The notes: generated from the letters alone by a model not told the origin. A stretch of 64,000 bases of DNA from an uncultured Verrucomicrobiae bacterium (GCA_963834385.1 CAWIBO010000003.1:160001-224000), one strand, 5' to 3'. Counted from the stretch's first letter, positions 30,696-41,105 are shown. Made by a program: numbers and translations.

Positions 30696-32012
30696 TCATT
30701 TGTCGAGGAAGGTGAACATCAGCTCGCCTTCCGAGACCACGACATCGTTGACGATGCAGCGGCACTTTGCCTTGGCCAGGCGGTTGCTGCGGGCCTTGGT
30801 CAGTTCCGCTTCGATGAAAAGAGTGTCGCCCGGGAAGACCGGCTTGCGGAACTTCACCGCGTCCGCGCTCATGAAATAACCGATGCGGCTGGCGCTTTTG
30901 CTCAGGCGCATCATGAGGACGCTGGCGACCTGGGCCATGGCTTCCACCTGGAGGACGCCGGGCATGACCGGGTGACCGGGGAAATGGCCCTGGAAAAAAG
31001 GCTCGTTGATGGTGACCGATTTCAGCCCGGTGATCTTGGTTTCGCCCTCGAAACCAAGGATGCGGTCCACGAGCAGAAACGGGTAGCGGTGGGGCAGGAC
31101 GTTCATGATCTCGCGGATGTCGAGGCCGCGATCGCCGGGCGGGAAGGTGCGCGGCATGGCCAGGGCAGCCACTTTCTCCTGCTCGCGGGCAATGGCACGG
31201 GCCAGTTCCGCATTGGCGCCATGACCGGGACGCACCGCAATGACGTGCCCCCGCAGGCGCTGCCCGATGAGGGCGAGGTCGCCGATGATGTCGAGAATCT
31301 TGTGCCGGACGAACTCGTCGGGAAAACGCAGCGGTTCCTTGCTCAGGACGGCATCACCGCGCACGACAATGGCGTTCTCGAGGCTGCCCCCCTTGATCAG
31401 GTTTTTCTCCATGAGCGGCTCGACATCCTCGTAATAGACAAAGGTGCGGGCGGGCGCGATCTCGCGCTCGAAGATGGCCGGGGTGACCTCGGTCGAGAAG
31501 AACTGGGTGAACCGCCCGTTGGGCCCGGCCTGCGTGCAGCTGATGCGGAACTTGTCGTCCGGGAGCAGGACAAGAACGGAGCCGGACTTGGTCTCGATGT
31601 GCAACGGTTCCCGGGCGTGAAAGAAGCGCCGGGGCGCCTCCTGGGGAGCGAGCCCGGCTTTTTTCACGAGATCGACGAAGAGCAGCGCGCTGCCGTCGCC
31701 GATGGGCGGTTCGTTGGCGTCCATCTCCACGATGGCGTTGTCGACGCCCATGGCGGAAAGGGCGGAAAGAACATGCTCGACCGTGTGCACCCGCATGGAG
31801 CCCTCGCCGATGGTGGTGGCGCGCTCGACCGTCTTCAGGTTCCCGATCCGGGCGTCAATGGTGGGTTCGTCCTGCAGGTCGCGGCGCCGGAATTTGATGC
31901 CGTGATCCGCGGGGGCCGGGTGCAGTTTCAGCGTCACCTTCTCGCCGGTGTGCAGAGAGGTGCCGCTGAGCCCGGCGGCTTTGGCGACGGTATGCTGGAG
32001 TTCGGAAGACAT
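30696..32012 (-). CDS. lpxC: Bifunctional LpxC / FabZ
   Basis: TVEHVLSA and HKILDIIGD (LpxC) fused to LPHRYPFLLVD and FFQGHFPGHPVMPGVLQVEAMAQ (FabZ). Confidence 0.96.
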   Translation of the reverse strand: MSSELQHTVAKAAGLSGTSLHTGEKVTLKLHPAPADHGIKFRRRDLQDEPTIDARIGNLKTVERATTIGEGSMRVHTVEHVLSALSAMGVDNAIVEMDANEPPIGDGSALLFVDLVKKAGLAPQEAPRRFFHAREPLHIETKSGSVLVLLPDDKFRISCTQAGPNGRFTQFFSTEVTPAIFEREIAPARTFVYYEDVEPLMEKNLIKGGSLENAIVVRGDAVLSKEPLRFPDEFVRHKILDIIGDLALIGQRLRGHVIAVRPGHGANAELARAIAREQEKVAALAMPRTFPPGDRGLDIREIMNVLPHRYPFLLVDRILGFEGETKITGLKSVTINEPFFQGHFPGHPVMPGVLQVEAMAQVASVLMMRLSKSASRIGYFMSADAVKFRKPVFPGDTLFIEAELTKARSNRLAKAKCRCIVNDVVVSEGELMFTFLDK

Positions 32013-32117
32013 TTGTGCCGGTAACTAACAAAGAATGCCGGATGTGACTAGGAGCTGTTTTCAGGCGGCGACATCGCCACTCTTCCTTTCCGGCAGGGTT
32101 TCCGGTAGGGAAAAGCC

Positions 32118-34221
32118 ATGCATGGGACGTGGACGGGAGTTATCGCAAGGACGGTCGGAGGGCTGATCCTGGCCGCGGCCACGGTGTCGGCCCTGCCGCC
32201 ACCGGTGCAGCGCGGGGAGGTCAGCGTGGAACTGGAGCTGGTGGCGCGGGGATTGGTTTCCCCGCTGGAGGCGGTGGCGGCGCCCGGCGATACGAGCCGT
32301 CTTTATATTGTCGAGCAGCCGGGCCGGGTGAGGGTGGTGGAAAACGGGCTCCTGCAAACGACTCCTTTCCTGGATGTCAGCCTCCGGATCAAGACGGGAG
32401 ACGAATACGGCCTCCTGGGGTTCGCATTTCATCCCGATTACGCCGATTCGACCCGCCCGGGCTACGGCACGGTCTATACCTACACCACCGAGCCGGTCAG
32501 CGGCATGCCCGATTTCACCGTGCCGATGGAGGGAGCCTTTTCCCACGAAGGCGTCCTCGCGGAATGGAAGGTCTCCGCGTCGGGCACCATTGACCCGGCC
32601 ACGCGGCGCGAGGTGCTGCGCTTCTCGCATCCCCAGCAAAATCACTCGGGAGGCACCATCGCCTTCCGGCCGTCGGACGGTTACCTCTACATGGCGATCG
32701 GCGACGGCGGCCTCGGCAGTTTCGACCAGGGGCCGGGCCATACTCCCGGGATCGGGAACGCTCAGGATACGAACAATCTCCTGGGAGACATTCTCCGGCT
32801 TGATCCGCTCGATCCGGCCACCACGCCGGGGAGCGCGGACGCAGTTTCCGGAAACGGCAAATACCGCATCCCGGCGGACAACCCCTTCGTGGGTCAGGAT
32901 GGGCTCGACGAGATTTTCGCGTTCGGCTTTCGCAATCCCTATCGGTTCAGCTTCGATCCCGCGACCGACCGGCTCATCGCGGGCGATGTGGGCCAGGCCA
33001 AGGTGGAGGAGGTGGACCTCGTCGTGCGCGGGGGGAATTACGGCTGGGTGCGCAAGGAAGGCAGCTACCTTTTTAACCGGGGGACGCTTTCCGAGGATAC
33101 CAATCCCGATCCGGCCCTGATCGATCCCGTCCTGGAGTATGGTCATGGCGACGGCGCGGCCGTGATTGGCGGATATATCTATCGCGGCTCCCGGATTCCT
33201 GCGCTCTCGCGGTCTCTACGTTTTCGGCGACTTCCTCCATTACAGCCAGGGCACCGGCCGGCTCTTTTACAGTGACATCACTTCCGGGATTGTGCGCGAA
33301 CTGCGGCTCGGCCACACGGCCCGAAAACTTGGACGCCGCATCAAGGGATTTGGGCGCGACCATGCCGGTGAACTCTACGTGTGCGCGGACGCGGCCGGGG
33401 TCGGCGGCGAAGTTCTGCGTCTCGTCCCGGTGCCACCGCGGCCGGTCCTGCTCAACCTCTCGACCCGGGCCCGGGTCGGGACGGGCGATAATGTGGTCAT
33501 CGGCGGCTTTATCGTCACCGGGAGTGCGCCGAAGACCCTGGTCCTGCGCGGGCTTGGCCCCTCCCTCCGCGACGGCCGGGGCGCCCTTGCCGGGTCGCTG
33601 GAGGATCCGGTCATTACTCTCTTCAACGCGAACGGGGTCGAACTCGCCTCCAACGACAACTGGGGCGATCACCCTCGCCGGGACGAGCTGGCCGGCCTGG
33701 GCTTTGCGCCGTCGCAGCCGGAGGAGGCCGCCCTGGTGGTGGAACTGCCGCCCGGGGCCTACACCGTCTGGTTGCGCGGAAGCGGTGACACCGTCGGCAT
33801 CGGGCTGGCCGAGATCTACGACGTGGACCAGGGGGCCCCGGCTGCGCCGGTGAATATTTCCACGCGCAGCCGTGTGCTGACAGGAGACAACGTCATGATT
33901 GCCGGTTTCATCATCGGGGGGACGGAGGAGCGCCGGGTGTTCGTGCGCGCGCTGGGACCGTCGCTGGGGGCGGCCGCTCTTGCCAACGTGCTGGACGACC
34001 CGCGCGTTGAGCTGGTGGACGAGATGGGGATTGTCCTCGCCAGCAACGACGACTGGAAAACCGACCAGGCCTCGATCGAGGCAACCGGCCTTGCGCCGGG
34101 GAACGACAAGGAAGCGGCGGTGGTGCGGACGCTTGCCCCGGGGGCCTACACCGCCATTGTTCGCGGTTCCGGCAACGACACCGGCGTCGCGCTGGTCGAG
34201 GCGTACGTGGTGGCCGAATAG
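32118..34221 (+). CDS. Exported glucose/sorbosone-dehydrogenase-like propeller with tandem C-terminal NLSTR domains (apparent 1-nt insertion near 33207)
   Basis: EYGLLGFAFHPDY, NHSGG, IGDGG, GFRNPYRFSFD and GGNYGW. Second ORF gives GLYVFGD then two ~133-aa repeats starting NLSTR and NISTR. Confidence 0.85.
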
Positions 34222-34784
34222 CCCGGGCTGCCTCCTGCGAGGTGGCACCAATCGACCGGCACCTCCTGCCGGCGCATGAAGCGATCCTGGTAGGAAAGCA
34301 TCTTCTCGGCGCAACCGCGTTCATGGACGAGTTTGGTCACCTTGACGTCGAAGCAGCAGTACTCGGCGATCTCCATGATGCGTCCTTCGCGCCACCATTT
34401 GATGGCGTCGAGCCCGGCGGCGATCTTCTGCACCCCGAGCGTGGCCGTGGCGACGCTGTCCAGCCCGACCCGGTGCCCGAGCCGCTGTTCGAGATCGAGC
34501 AAAAGATCAAAGGTGGGAAGTTCCGTGCAAAGGTCGAGGATGGTGTAGCCCATCAGGACCTGATAATCGAAATTCAGAACGTTGAACCCGACCACCAGAT
34601 CGGCCCGGCGGAGGCGTTCAATGAGATGGTGGACGCGGTTTTCGTCGAAGATTTCATAGCGTCCGGTGACGGAACTGAAAATCACCCCGATGGACATGCG
34701 CATGTCGCCCTTGCGCAGCCAGCCGCCGGCGTCATTGGCGGTCCGCTGGGTCTCGAGGTCGAAATAGAGAATTTCGCGCGGCAT
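34146..34784 (-). CDS. RNase H-like (YprB / DEDD-type) domain protein
   Basis: YFDLETQ, VGFNVLNFD and YCCFDV acidic exonuclease motifs. Confidence 0.85.
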   Translation of the reverse strand: MPREILYFDLETQRTANDAGGWLRKGDMRMSIGVIFSSVTGRYEIFDENRVHHLIERLRRADLVVGFNVLNFDYQVLMGYTILDLCTELPTFDLLLDLEQRLGHRVGLDSVATATLGVQKIAAGLDAIKWWREGRIMEIAEYCCFDVKVTKLVHERGCAEKMLSYQDRFMRRQEVPVDWCHLAGGSPGYSATTYASTSATPVSLPEPRTMAV

Positions 34785-34809
34785 CCCCCATGCAAGCGGA
34801 ACGAGGCCG

Positions 34810-35598
34810 CTACTTCAACGTAAAAGCGCCGGCATCAAACGGCATCATCCGGTTCAGCCCGGCCAGCCGCACTTGCGCCACCGCCTCCGTTTCGTCCTGG
34901 AAAACGTCGAGCGTGCTCCGCGCGGTTTTCCAAAGGACGATCCGCCGGATTTTCTCGTCCGCGCTGATCGTCCGGAGCGGGAGACCATCGGCTGTCTGCA
35001 GCCAGCTTTCCTCGTCATCGAAGGCGACCTCCAGCGCAAGGGTCCGGCGGGCGTCATTTTCCAGCGGGTTGGGCACGAGCTTCACGAACATGCGGTCGGG
35101 CGGCGGGCTGGCCCCGGCTGCGGGACTGCGGACAGGCACGCCGGCCTCGACGGAAAAGATTTCATGGCCCGAAGCCGGGTCGTCCTCGGCCGGGAGAGGG
35201 GAGGAATCCGGCGAGGCCTGCTGGAAAAAGTAGGCGATAAATTCCGGGGCAATGCGGTGGCTGACCATGATGCCGCGCGCATGGTATTTGCCGGGTGGCA
35301 TCTCGCTCCCTTCGTCGTTCCGGCCGTCCCAGAAGGTGACGAGGGCGTCATCCCCAATCTGGAAACGACTGATCTCGTCTTCCCGGTGCAGGACCCGGAC
35401 GAGCCGTCCCTCCCCGTCGTAGATGCCGAGGCTGATCGTTCCTTCCATGGGCGGCGGCAGGAAGCTGATTCGCACCGAGCGATCAGGTGCGGGGGCGGCT
35501 GCGGGCGAAACGGATGGAGCAGGCTCCGGCGTCGGCTCGGCGGTCGCGGCCCCGGCGGCGAGGAGAAGCGAGAGGAAAACGGCCGCGCGCGTCTTCAT
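34810..35598 (-). CDS. Exported protein with FlgD Ig-like domain
   Basis: Signal peptide; ISLGIYDGEGRLVRVL...WDGRNDEGSEMPPGKY pattern. Confidence 0.75.
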   Translation of the reverse strand: MKTRAAVFLSLLLAAGAATAEPTPEPAPSVSPAAAPAPDRSVRISFLPPPMEGTISLGIYDGEGRLVRVLHREDEISRFQIGDDALVTFWDGRNDEGSEMPPGKYHARGIMVSHRIAPEFIAYFFQQASPDSSPLPAEDDPASGHEIFSVEAGVPVRSPAAGASPPPDRMFVKLVPNPLENDARRTLALEVAFDDEESWLQTADGLPLRTISADEKIRRIVLWKTARSTLDVFQDETEAVAQVRLAGLNRMMPFDAGAFTLK

Positions 35599-37160
35599 GC
35601 GTAGTAGCGCCAGTTCACCTCGGGAAACAGGTTGTTGCGCTCCTCACACTCGCGCAGGTAGGCGTCGTCCACCTGGTGATCCATCAATTGCTGATAGAGC
35701 CGGTTAAAACGGATGATGTGGTCGGTGGTCCGTCGGACGGCATAGGGCCGGGCCGTGCCGGTTTTCATCAGGAAAGCCCAGTCGCTGGATTGCATGAGGA
35801 GAAGCTCGCGCACCATCTGCCGCAGGACGCGATGGGCCGCGGTGTCGGCATCGGCGGCGTGGGCGCGGGCCACCTCGATCATGCGGCGGGCGGAGGCGTG
35901 CAGGTGAGGATAAATCCAGGAGTTGTTGTGATCAATCCAGACGGCCAGGTGGCCTTTCTCGCCCCAGCTGGAGGCCGCCGGCGCGATGATCTGCTGCGTC
36001 GGATGCTCGTGCAGGTAACGGCTCGGCGTAGTCAGGGCAAAAGCCTGCTGGCGCGCGGCCAGGCGAATAAAGGTCTCGAGGAAATGCGGGCCTTCAAACC
36101 ACCAATGGCCGAAAAGCTCCGCATCGAACGGGGTCACCACGATGGGCGCAGCCTGGCCGAGACTCTCGAACTGGGCCCGGCGCGCCTCCAGGAAGTGCCC
36201 GGCATGTTCCTCGGCGCGCCGGCGGGCTTGTTCCGGATCGTAAAAGTCCTTCTTCTCCGCGGGGCCGGTGACGCGATGATATTTGAGGCCGGTGAAGCGA
36301 CGCGGCGCATCCTCCGGCTGGTGCGGCCAAAGGTAGGTGACCGGCCGCTCAAAGCCGATGTCGTGGTAGAATTCCCGGTAGTCCGGGTCGCCCGGATAAC
36401 CTTCATGAGCGCTCCAGACCTGGCGGCTGGAGGCCCGGTCGCGTCCAAAGACAGCCGGGCCCGCTCGCGTGTAGCAGGGCGCGTAGATGGCATGCCGCGG
36501 CCGGGGATTGCCGAAAAGAAGACCGTGCGCGTCCACGATAAACCAGCGCAGGTTGGCTTCGCGGAGATGCTGTTCCAGCCCGGGCGCGAAGGCGCATTCC
36601 GGGAGCCAGAAAGCCGCCGGGTCAGTCCCGAAGTGCTGCCGGAAAACGTCGCGCCCGATGAGAATCTGTGCCCGGGCCGCCCGGGGCGAATCCTGCAACA
36701 GGGGCAGCAGGCCATGGGTGGCGGCCGAGGCGATGATTTCGAGGGAACCGGCCTCGTGCAGGGAACGGAGCACCGCGAGGAGATCGGTCTGCCATTCCTC
36801 GACGAAGAGCCGACGGCATTCCCGGAAATGCCGCAGATAGAACCCGGCCAGACCGGCCAGGGCGGGATCATCCCGGTTGCGTTCCTCTTCACGGAGAGCC
36901 AGCTCGATGCTTCGGTCCAGGTGACGCACATAACGGTCACGCAGGAGCGGATCGGCCAGCATCGCGCAGAGCGAGGGCGTCACCGTCATGGTGAGGGCAA
37001 AGGGCACATTCTCGGCCGAGAGCCGCTGCATCATGGCGACGAGCGGAATGTAGCTCTCGCTGATGGCCTCGAAGAGCCAGTCTTCCTCGAGCGCTTCCTC
37101 CATCTCGGGGTGACGCACGAAGGGAAGGTGGGCGTGCAGGACGAGGGCGAGCGAGTTCAT
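35595..37160 (-). CDS. GH57 1,4-alpha-glucan branching enzyme (DUF1957)
   Basis: LHAHLPFVRHP, WLFEAISESYIP, FWLPEC, DAELFGHWWFEG and QSSDWAF motifs. Confidence 0.95.
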   Translation of the reverse strand: MNSLALVLHAHLPFVRHPEMEEALEEDWLFEAISESYIPLVAMMQRLSAENVPFALTMTVTPSLCAMLADPLLRDRYVRHLDRSIELALREEERNRDDPALAGLAGFYLRHFRECRRLFVEEWQTDLLAVLRSLHEAGSLEIIASAATHGLLPLLQDSPRAARAQILIGRDVFRQHFGTDPAAFWLPECAFAPGLEQHLREANLRWFIVDAHGLLFGNPRPRHAIYAPCYTRAGPAVFGRDRASSRQVWSAHEGYPGDPDYREFYHDIGFERPVTYLWPHQPEDAPRRFTGLKYHRVTGPAEKKDFYDPEQARRRAEEHAGHFLEARRAQFESLGQAAPIVVTPFDAELFGHWWFEGPHFLETFIRLAARQQAFALTTPSRYLHEHPTQQIIAPAASSWGEKGHLAVWIDHNNSWIYPHLHASARRMIEVARAHAADADTAAHRVLRQMVRELLLMQSSDWAFLMKTGTARPYAVRRTTDHIIRFNRLYQQLMDHQVDDAYLRECEERNNLFPEVNWRYYA

Positions 37161-37244
37161 CGCGGGAGCAATAACCGAAAAGAGGACCGGAACGGATTCA
37201 AGCCGGCAGGAAGAACAGGGTGGGCGGCGCGGGCCGCGTCGGCG

Positions 37245-38408
37245 CTAGAGCGTCCGGCAGAAATCCTGGAAGCGGTCCAGGCCCTTCTTGATGATGTCGA
37301 TGCTGGTGGCGTAACTAAGCCGCACCGTCCGGTCATCACCAAAAGCCGCGCCCGGGACGACGGCGACATTCGACTTGCTGAGCAGGCGATCGGCAAAGTT
37401 CTGCGAGGTAAGCCCAAGCTGGCTGATATTGACGAGGATGTAGAAGGCGCCCTGCGGTTTGACCGCGGTGATGTTCGGAATCTTCGAGAGCCGATCAAAC
37501 ATGTAATTGCGGCGCAGATCGAATTCTTCGCGCATGTCCTGGAGCGGCTGTTGGTCACCGCGCAGGGCGGCAATGGCGCCGCGCTGGGAAAAGGAGGAGG
37601 GGTTCGAGGTGCTGTGGCTCTGGATGGAATCGACCGCCTTCACGATGGCCTCGGGCGCCGCGAGGTAGCCAAGCCGCCACCCGGTCATGGCGTAGGCTTT
37701 GCTGAACCCGTTGATGGTGATGGTGAGGTCGTAGGCCTCCTTGGAGAGCGAGGCGATGCTGACGTGCTGGACGTCGTCATAGACCAGCTTCTCGTAGATC
37801 TCGTCGGAGAGGATGTAGATGTCCTCCTCGGCTGCCACCTCCACCATGGCCTCGAGTTCCTCGCGGGTGTAAACCGCGCCCGCCGGGTTGCTGGGGGAGT
37901 TGAGAATGAGCATCTTCGTCCGCGGCGTCATGGCGTTCTCGAAATCCTCCGCCCGCAGTTTCCACGAGTTCCGCTCGGTCGTGGGCACGATGACCGGCTC
38001 GGCCCCGGCGAGGCGGACCATGTCCGGGTAGCTGACCCAATAGGGTGCGGGGATGATGACTTCATCGCCCGGCTGGCAGGTGGCCAGGATGGCGTTGTAA
38101 CAGGCATGCTTGGCTCCGTTGCTCACCACCACCTGCGACGGACGATAATCCAGCCCGTTGTCGTTCTTGAGCTTTTCGGCGATGGCCTGGCGAAGCTCCG
38201 GCACCCCGGCGCTCGGGGTATACTTGGTGAACCCCGCCTGGAGCGCGTCGATCGCCGCCGCCTTGATATGGTCAGGCGTATCGAAGTCAGGCTCGCCCGC
38301 GCCAAACCCGCAGACGTCAATGCCCTCGGCTTTCATGGCCTTGGCCTTGCTGTCGATCTGCAGGGTCAGTGAGGAGGTAAGTTTCGCGGCGCGCTCTGAG
38401 ATTTCCAT
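37245..38408 (-). CDS. PLP-dependent class I/II aminotransferase (aspartate aminotransferase-like)
   Basis: GEPDFDTP, NSPSNPAG, SDEIY and SKAYAMTGWRLG motifs. Confidence 0.95.
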   Translation of the reverse strand: MEISERAAKLTSSLTLQIDSKAKAMKAEGIDVCGFGAGEPDFDTPDHIKAAAIDALQAGFTKYTPSAGVPELRQAIAEKLKNDNGLDYRPSQVVVSNGAKHACYNAILATCQPGDEVIIPAPYWVSYPDMVRLAGAEPVIVPTTERNSWKLRAEDFENAMTPRTKMLILNSPSNPAGAVYTREELEAMVEVAAEEDIYILSDEIYEKLVYDDVQHVSIASLSKEAYDLTITINGFSKAYAMTGWRLGYLAAPEAIVKAVDSIQSHSTSNPSSFSQRGAIAALRGDQQPLQDMREEFDLRRNYMFDRLSKIPNITAVKPQGAFYILVNISQLGLTSQNFADRLLSKSNVAVVPGAAFGDDRTVRLSYATSIDIIKKGLDRFQDFCRTL

Positions 38409-38448
38409 GATATTGCTCGACGGATTAAGGGTTTATGGGGAGCGCACA

Positions 38449-39528
38449 TTAGGAGCGCCCGTAGAAACTTTCAATGAGGGGTTTGAGGTTGTTCTGGTCG
38501 ACCTGCACAATGCCCATCTCGCGCCGCGCGTTTTCGGCTGAATCCGAGGCGTGGGCGGCGTTGACCATGATCGACTGGCCGAACTCCTTGCGGATGGAGC
38601 CCGGGGGCGCCTTGCTCGGATCGGTCGGCCCGAGAACTTCGCGGATTTTCCGGACGGCGTCTTCGCCCTGGTAGACAAGGGCGATGCATTTCTCCGAGCC
38701 CGGCTGGGAGCGTTCCTCCTCTTTCACCGCGCTCGGCCGGCCGCCTGACATGAACTGGACAATGTCCTCCCACGCGCCGCGCCCCTTTTCCGCGCCGAGC
38801 TTTTCCTCGAGCACGGGCAGGACCGGTCCGTAAAACTCCTGCGCCTGGGCCACGCTCATGCGATGCACCTTGAAACCGACAATGTAGAGCCCGGTCCGCG
38901 AGAAAACCTCGATGACGCCGCCGGGACGCAGGTTCGGAAACTTGAAGTTGTCCGGCTTGATCAGGACGAGGGTCTTCTCGACGCGGGCGCCTTCCGGGTA
39001 GGTCATGACCTGGTCGAGAATGCCGCCGTCCTTGTCCGAATATTCCGCCCAGAGTTTGAGATCATTTTCCACCGCCGGCGGCTCGAAGGCGGTCAGAACC
39101 GCGGGCTCAAAATATTTCACCCCGCCTTTTTCGTCGGTGACATAGTCGCCAAAGGTGTCGCGGACGGTTTCGCCGCTGGTGCGCTCGTGCACGATGTGGC
39201 CGACCACCTGGTGCATGCGCTCGATCGCGTTCTCGCCGCGAAAGACGAGCAGCATGACCCGGGCGCGCTGACCGGCGACGGTGCCGGTAAAATTTTTCAG
39301 GACGTACTCGCGGATGAGTTCCTGGGTGGCGCGATGGCGTTCGTGCTCCTTCTCCGTCACGATCCCCTCGGCGTAGCGGCGCACCAGCTCCTCGCTTGGG
39401 GCGAACATCCGGCCGGCCACCAGGTCGAGGCCGGTGCGCGAGATCAGGCGTGAAATGATGCCGCCCGTGCGCGATTTGCGCATCGAATAGGGCGTGACGA
39501 TGACGTAGGAAAGTTGTTCAGCGGGCAT
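38449..39528 (-). CDS. ndk: Two-domain nucleoside diphosphate kinase
   Basis: C-terminal domain EKTLVLIKPD...GPTDPSKAPPGSIRKEFG...NAAHASDS; N-terminal domain is a degenerate copy (YVIVTP...TVRDTFG). Confidence 0.85.
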   Translation of the reverse strand: MPAEQLSYVIVTPYSMRKSRTGGIISRLISRTGLDLVAGRMFAPSEELVRRYAEGIVTEKEHERHRATQELIREYVLKNFTGTVAGQRARVMLLVFRGENAIERMHQVVGHIVHERTSGETVRDTFGDYVTDEKGGVKYFEPAVLTAFEPPAVENDLKLWAEYSDKDGGILDQVMTYPEGARVEKTLVLIKPDNFKFPNLRPGGVIEVFSRTGLYIVGFKVHRMSVAQAQEFYGPVLPVLEEKLGAEKGRGAWEDIVQFMSGGRPSAVKEEERSQPGSEKCIALVYQGEDAVRKIREVLGPTDPSKAPPGSIRKEFGQSIMVNAAHASDSAENARREMGIVQVDQNNLKPLIESFYGRS

Positions 39529-39621
39529 GGTTTGTCCCCGCGGCTCTTGATCCAACCGCGTGAGGGCAGAGAAACCGGGCCGCTAAGGGTGCCGGAACGT
39601 AGCCGTCCGCCTTTCACTCCG

Positions 39622-40473
39622 TCAAATGCGTTTTTGCGCCGTGTGATGAACCAGCAGCGCAATCCATTTCCCGCGCCGGCGAACTGTCACGGGCCGCAGG
39701 CCGGCCCGGCGGAGCACGCGGACGAAAGCAGCCTCCTGCGCCCGCAGGAGCCCGGAAAAAATGGCCAGGCCGCCGGGTGCGAGATGGCGCACCAACCGGG
39801 GCAGGGCCGCCCGGAGCACTTCGCTGTAGAGGTTGGCCATGAGCACGTCGAAGCGGGCCGGCGATTCCCAGGTGGTCGCATCACCGGTGACGAAACGAAC
39901 ACCCTTGATCCCGTTCCGCCGGGCATTGCGCCGCGCGGTCTTGATGGCCACCGGGTCGTGGTCAAACCCAAGGACGCTGCCGGCGCCAAGGCATTTCGCG
40001 GCCAGCGCGAGGATTCCGCTGCCGCTCCCGGCATCGAGCAGAGTCCATCCCGCGGGGAAAGCGCGGGCGCTCTCCTCGAGCAAGCGAAGCGACATCGCGG
40101 TGGTGGCGTGGCGGCCGGTCCCGAAGGCTGCTTCCGCGGGAATATGGAGGGTGAAGGCCGACCCCGGGAACGGCGCAGAGGGATGCGGCACAACGGGAGC
40201 CTCACGATTCACCACCAGAAGGTAACGGCCGACCCGCAGGGGTTTTGCCGCGGGGGATTGCAGCCAGCGCAACGGCAGATCCGGCGGGAGATGCCGAAAA
40301 GTTCCGCCGAGCCGTCGTTTCAAGGCGCGCGCGGCGGCCAGGGTGGGCCGGCACATTTCCACCGTGAGCCGGGCGAACCCGGGCCGCTCGATCACCGCCG
40401 CACCGTTCGCGCTGAGGAACGGTTCCATTTTCTCAGCCCATGCCGGGGTAACGGCTTTGCGCCAGAGGTACAC
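39622..40473 (-). CDS. prmA: Ribosomal protein L11 methyltransferase (start uncertain)
   Basis: AFGTGRHATT, LLDAGSGSGILA, MANL and FSGLL motifs. Confidence 0.88.
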   Translation of the reverse strand: MYLWRKAVTPAWAEKMEPFLSANGAAVIERPGFARLTVEMCRPTLAAARALKRRLGGTFRHLPPDLPLRWLQSPAAKPLRVGRYLLVVNREAPVVPHPSAPFPGSAFTLHIPAEAAFGTGRHATTAMSLRLLEESARAFPAGWTLLDAGSGSGILALAAKCLGAGSVLGFDHDPVAIKTARRNARRNGIKGVRFVTGDATTWESPARFDVLMANLYSEVLRAALPRLVRHLAPGGLAIFSGLLRAQEAAFVRVLRRAGLRPVTVRRRGKWIALLVHHTAQKRI

Positions 40474-40486
40474 GCGGCAAAGTAGC

Positions 40487-40524
40487 AAAAAAAAACGGCA
40501 GCGAAGTCACGCTTCGCTGCCGTT
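40487..40524 (-). terminator. Intrinsic terminator after the repeat-protein gene
   Basis: 13-bp stem AACGGCAGCGAAG / CTTCGCTGCCGTT with a long U tract on the minus strand. Confidence 0.85.
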
Positions 40525-40562
40525 CTAATTAACCGTCTCCAGGGACGGTTCTGCCGCTGGGA

Positions 40563-41105
40563 TTAGTCTTCGTTATTTCCGGACTTCCGCTCGGCGTCGG
40601 CTTCCACGCTGGTGCCGTCCTCATCGGACTTCACCTTGGCGCCGGCACTGGTCTCGCCGTCAGCCGCGTTTTTCACGGTCTTGCGGGCGGACTTGGCGGC
40701 GTCCTTGGTGCGATCAGCCGCTTTTTCCGCGGTGTTTTCGGCACGGTCAGCGGTTTTTTCCGCGGTCTTTTCAACACGATCCGCGGTGCGTTTCGCTGTG
40801 GCTTCGGCGCGATCGCCAGTCTTTTCCACGCGATCGCCAACCTTGTTGGCCGTGGCTTCGGCCTTGTCACGCGTCTTGTCCGCGGCCTTGCGAACCTTGT
40901 CGTCGTCGACCTTGGCATTGACGCCGGCACTGACGTTTTGGCTGGAAGTGGCGTTCAAGTCAGCCGCCTGAGTGGTGGCATTGAGGTTCTGCGCGCCGGT
41001 GACCTGGGCGGCCCCGCCGGTGTTGAGCTGGGCGCCGGCCTGGCCGGGCAGAATGAGGCAACCTGCGGCTGCCAGCGTGAGGAATGATTTGATCCCGATC
41101 GTCAT
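40563..41105 (-). CDS. Exported hydrophilic protein with LEA-like 11-mer repeats
   Basis: Signal peptide; repeats such as ATANKVGDRVE, ATAKRTADRVE, KTAEKTADRAE. Confidence 0.8.
   Translation of the reverse strand: MTIGIKSFLTLAAAGCLILPGQAGAQLNTGGAAQVTGAQNLNATTQAADLNATSSQNVSAGVNAKVDDDKVRKAADKTRDKAEATANKVGDRVEKTGDRAEATAKRTADRVEKTAEKTADRAENTAEKAADRTKDAAKSARKTVKNAADGETSAGAKVKSDEDGTSVEADAERKSGNNED

Noticed and set aside
30696..32012. LpxC-FabZ fusion as a novelty
   Set aside because: Already well known from Bacteroidota, Chlorobiota and Verrucomicrobiota.
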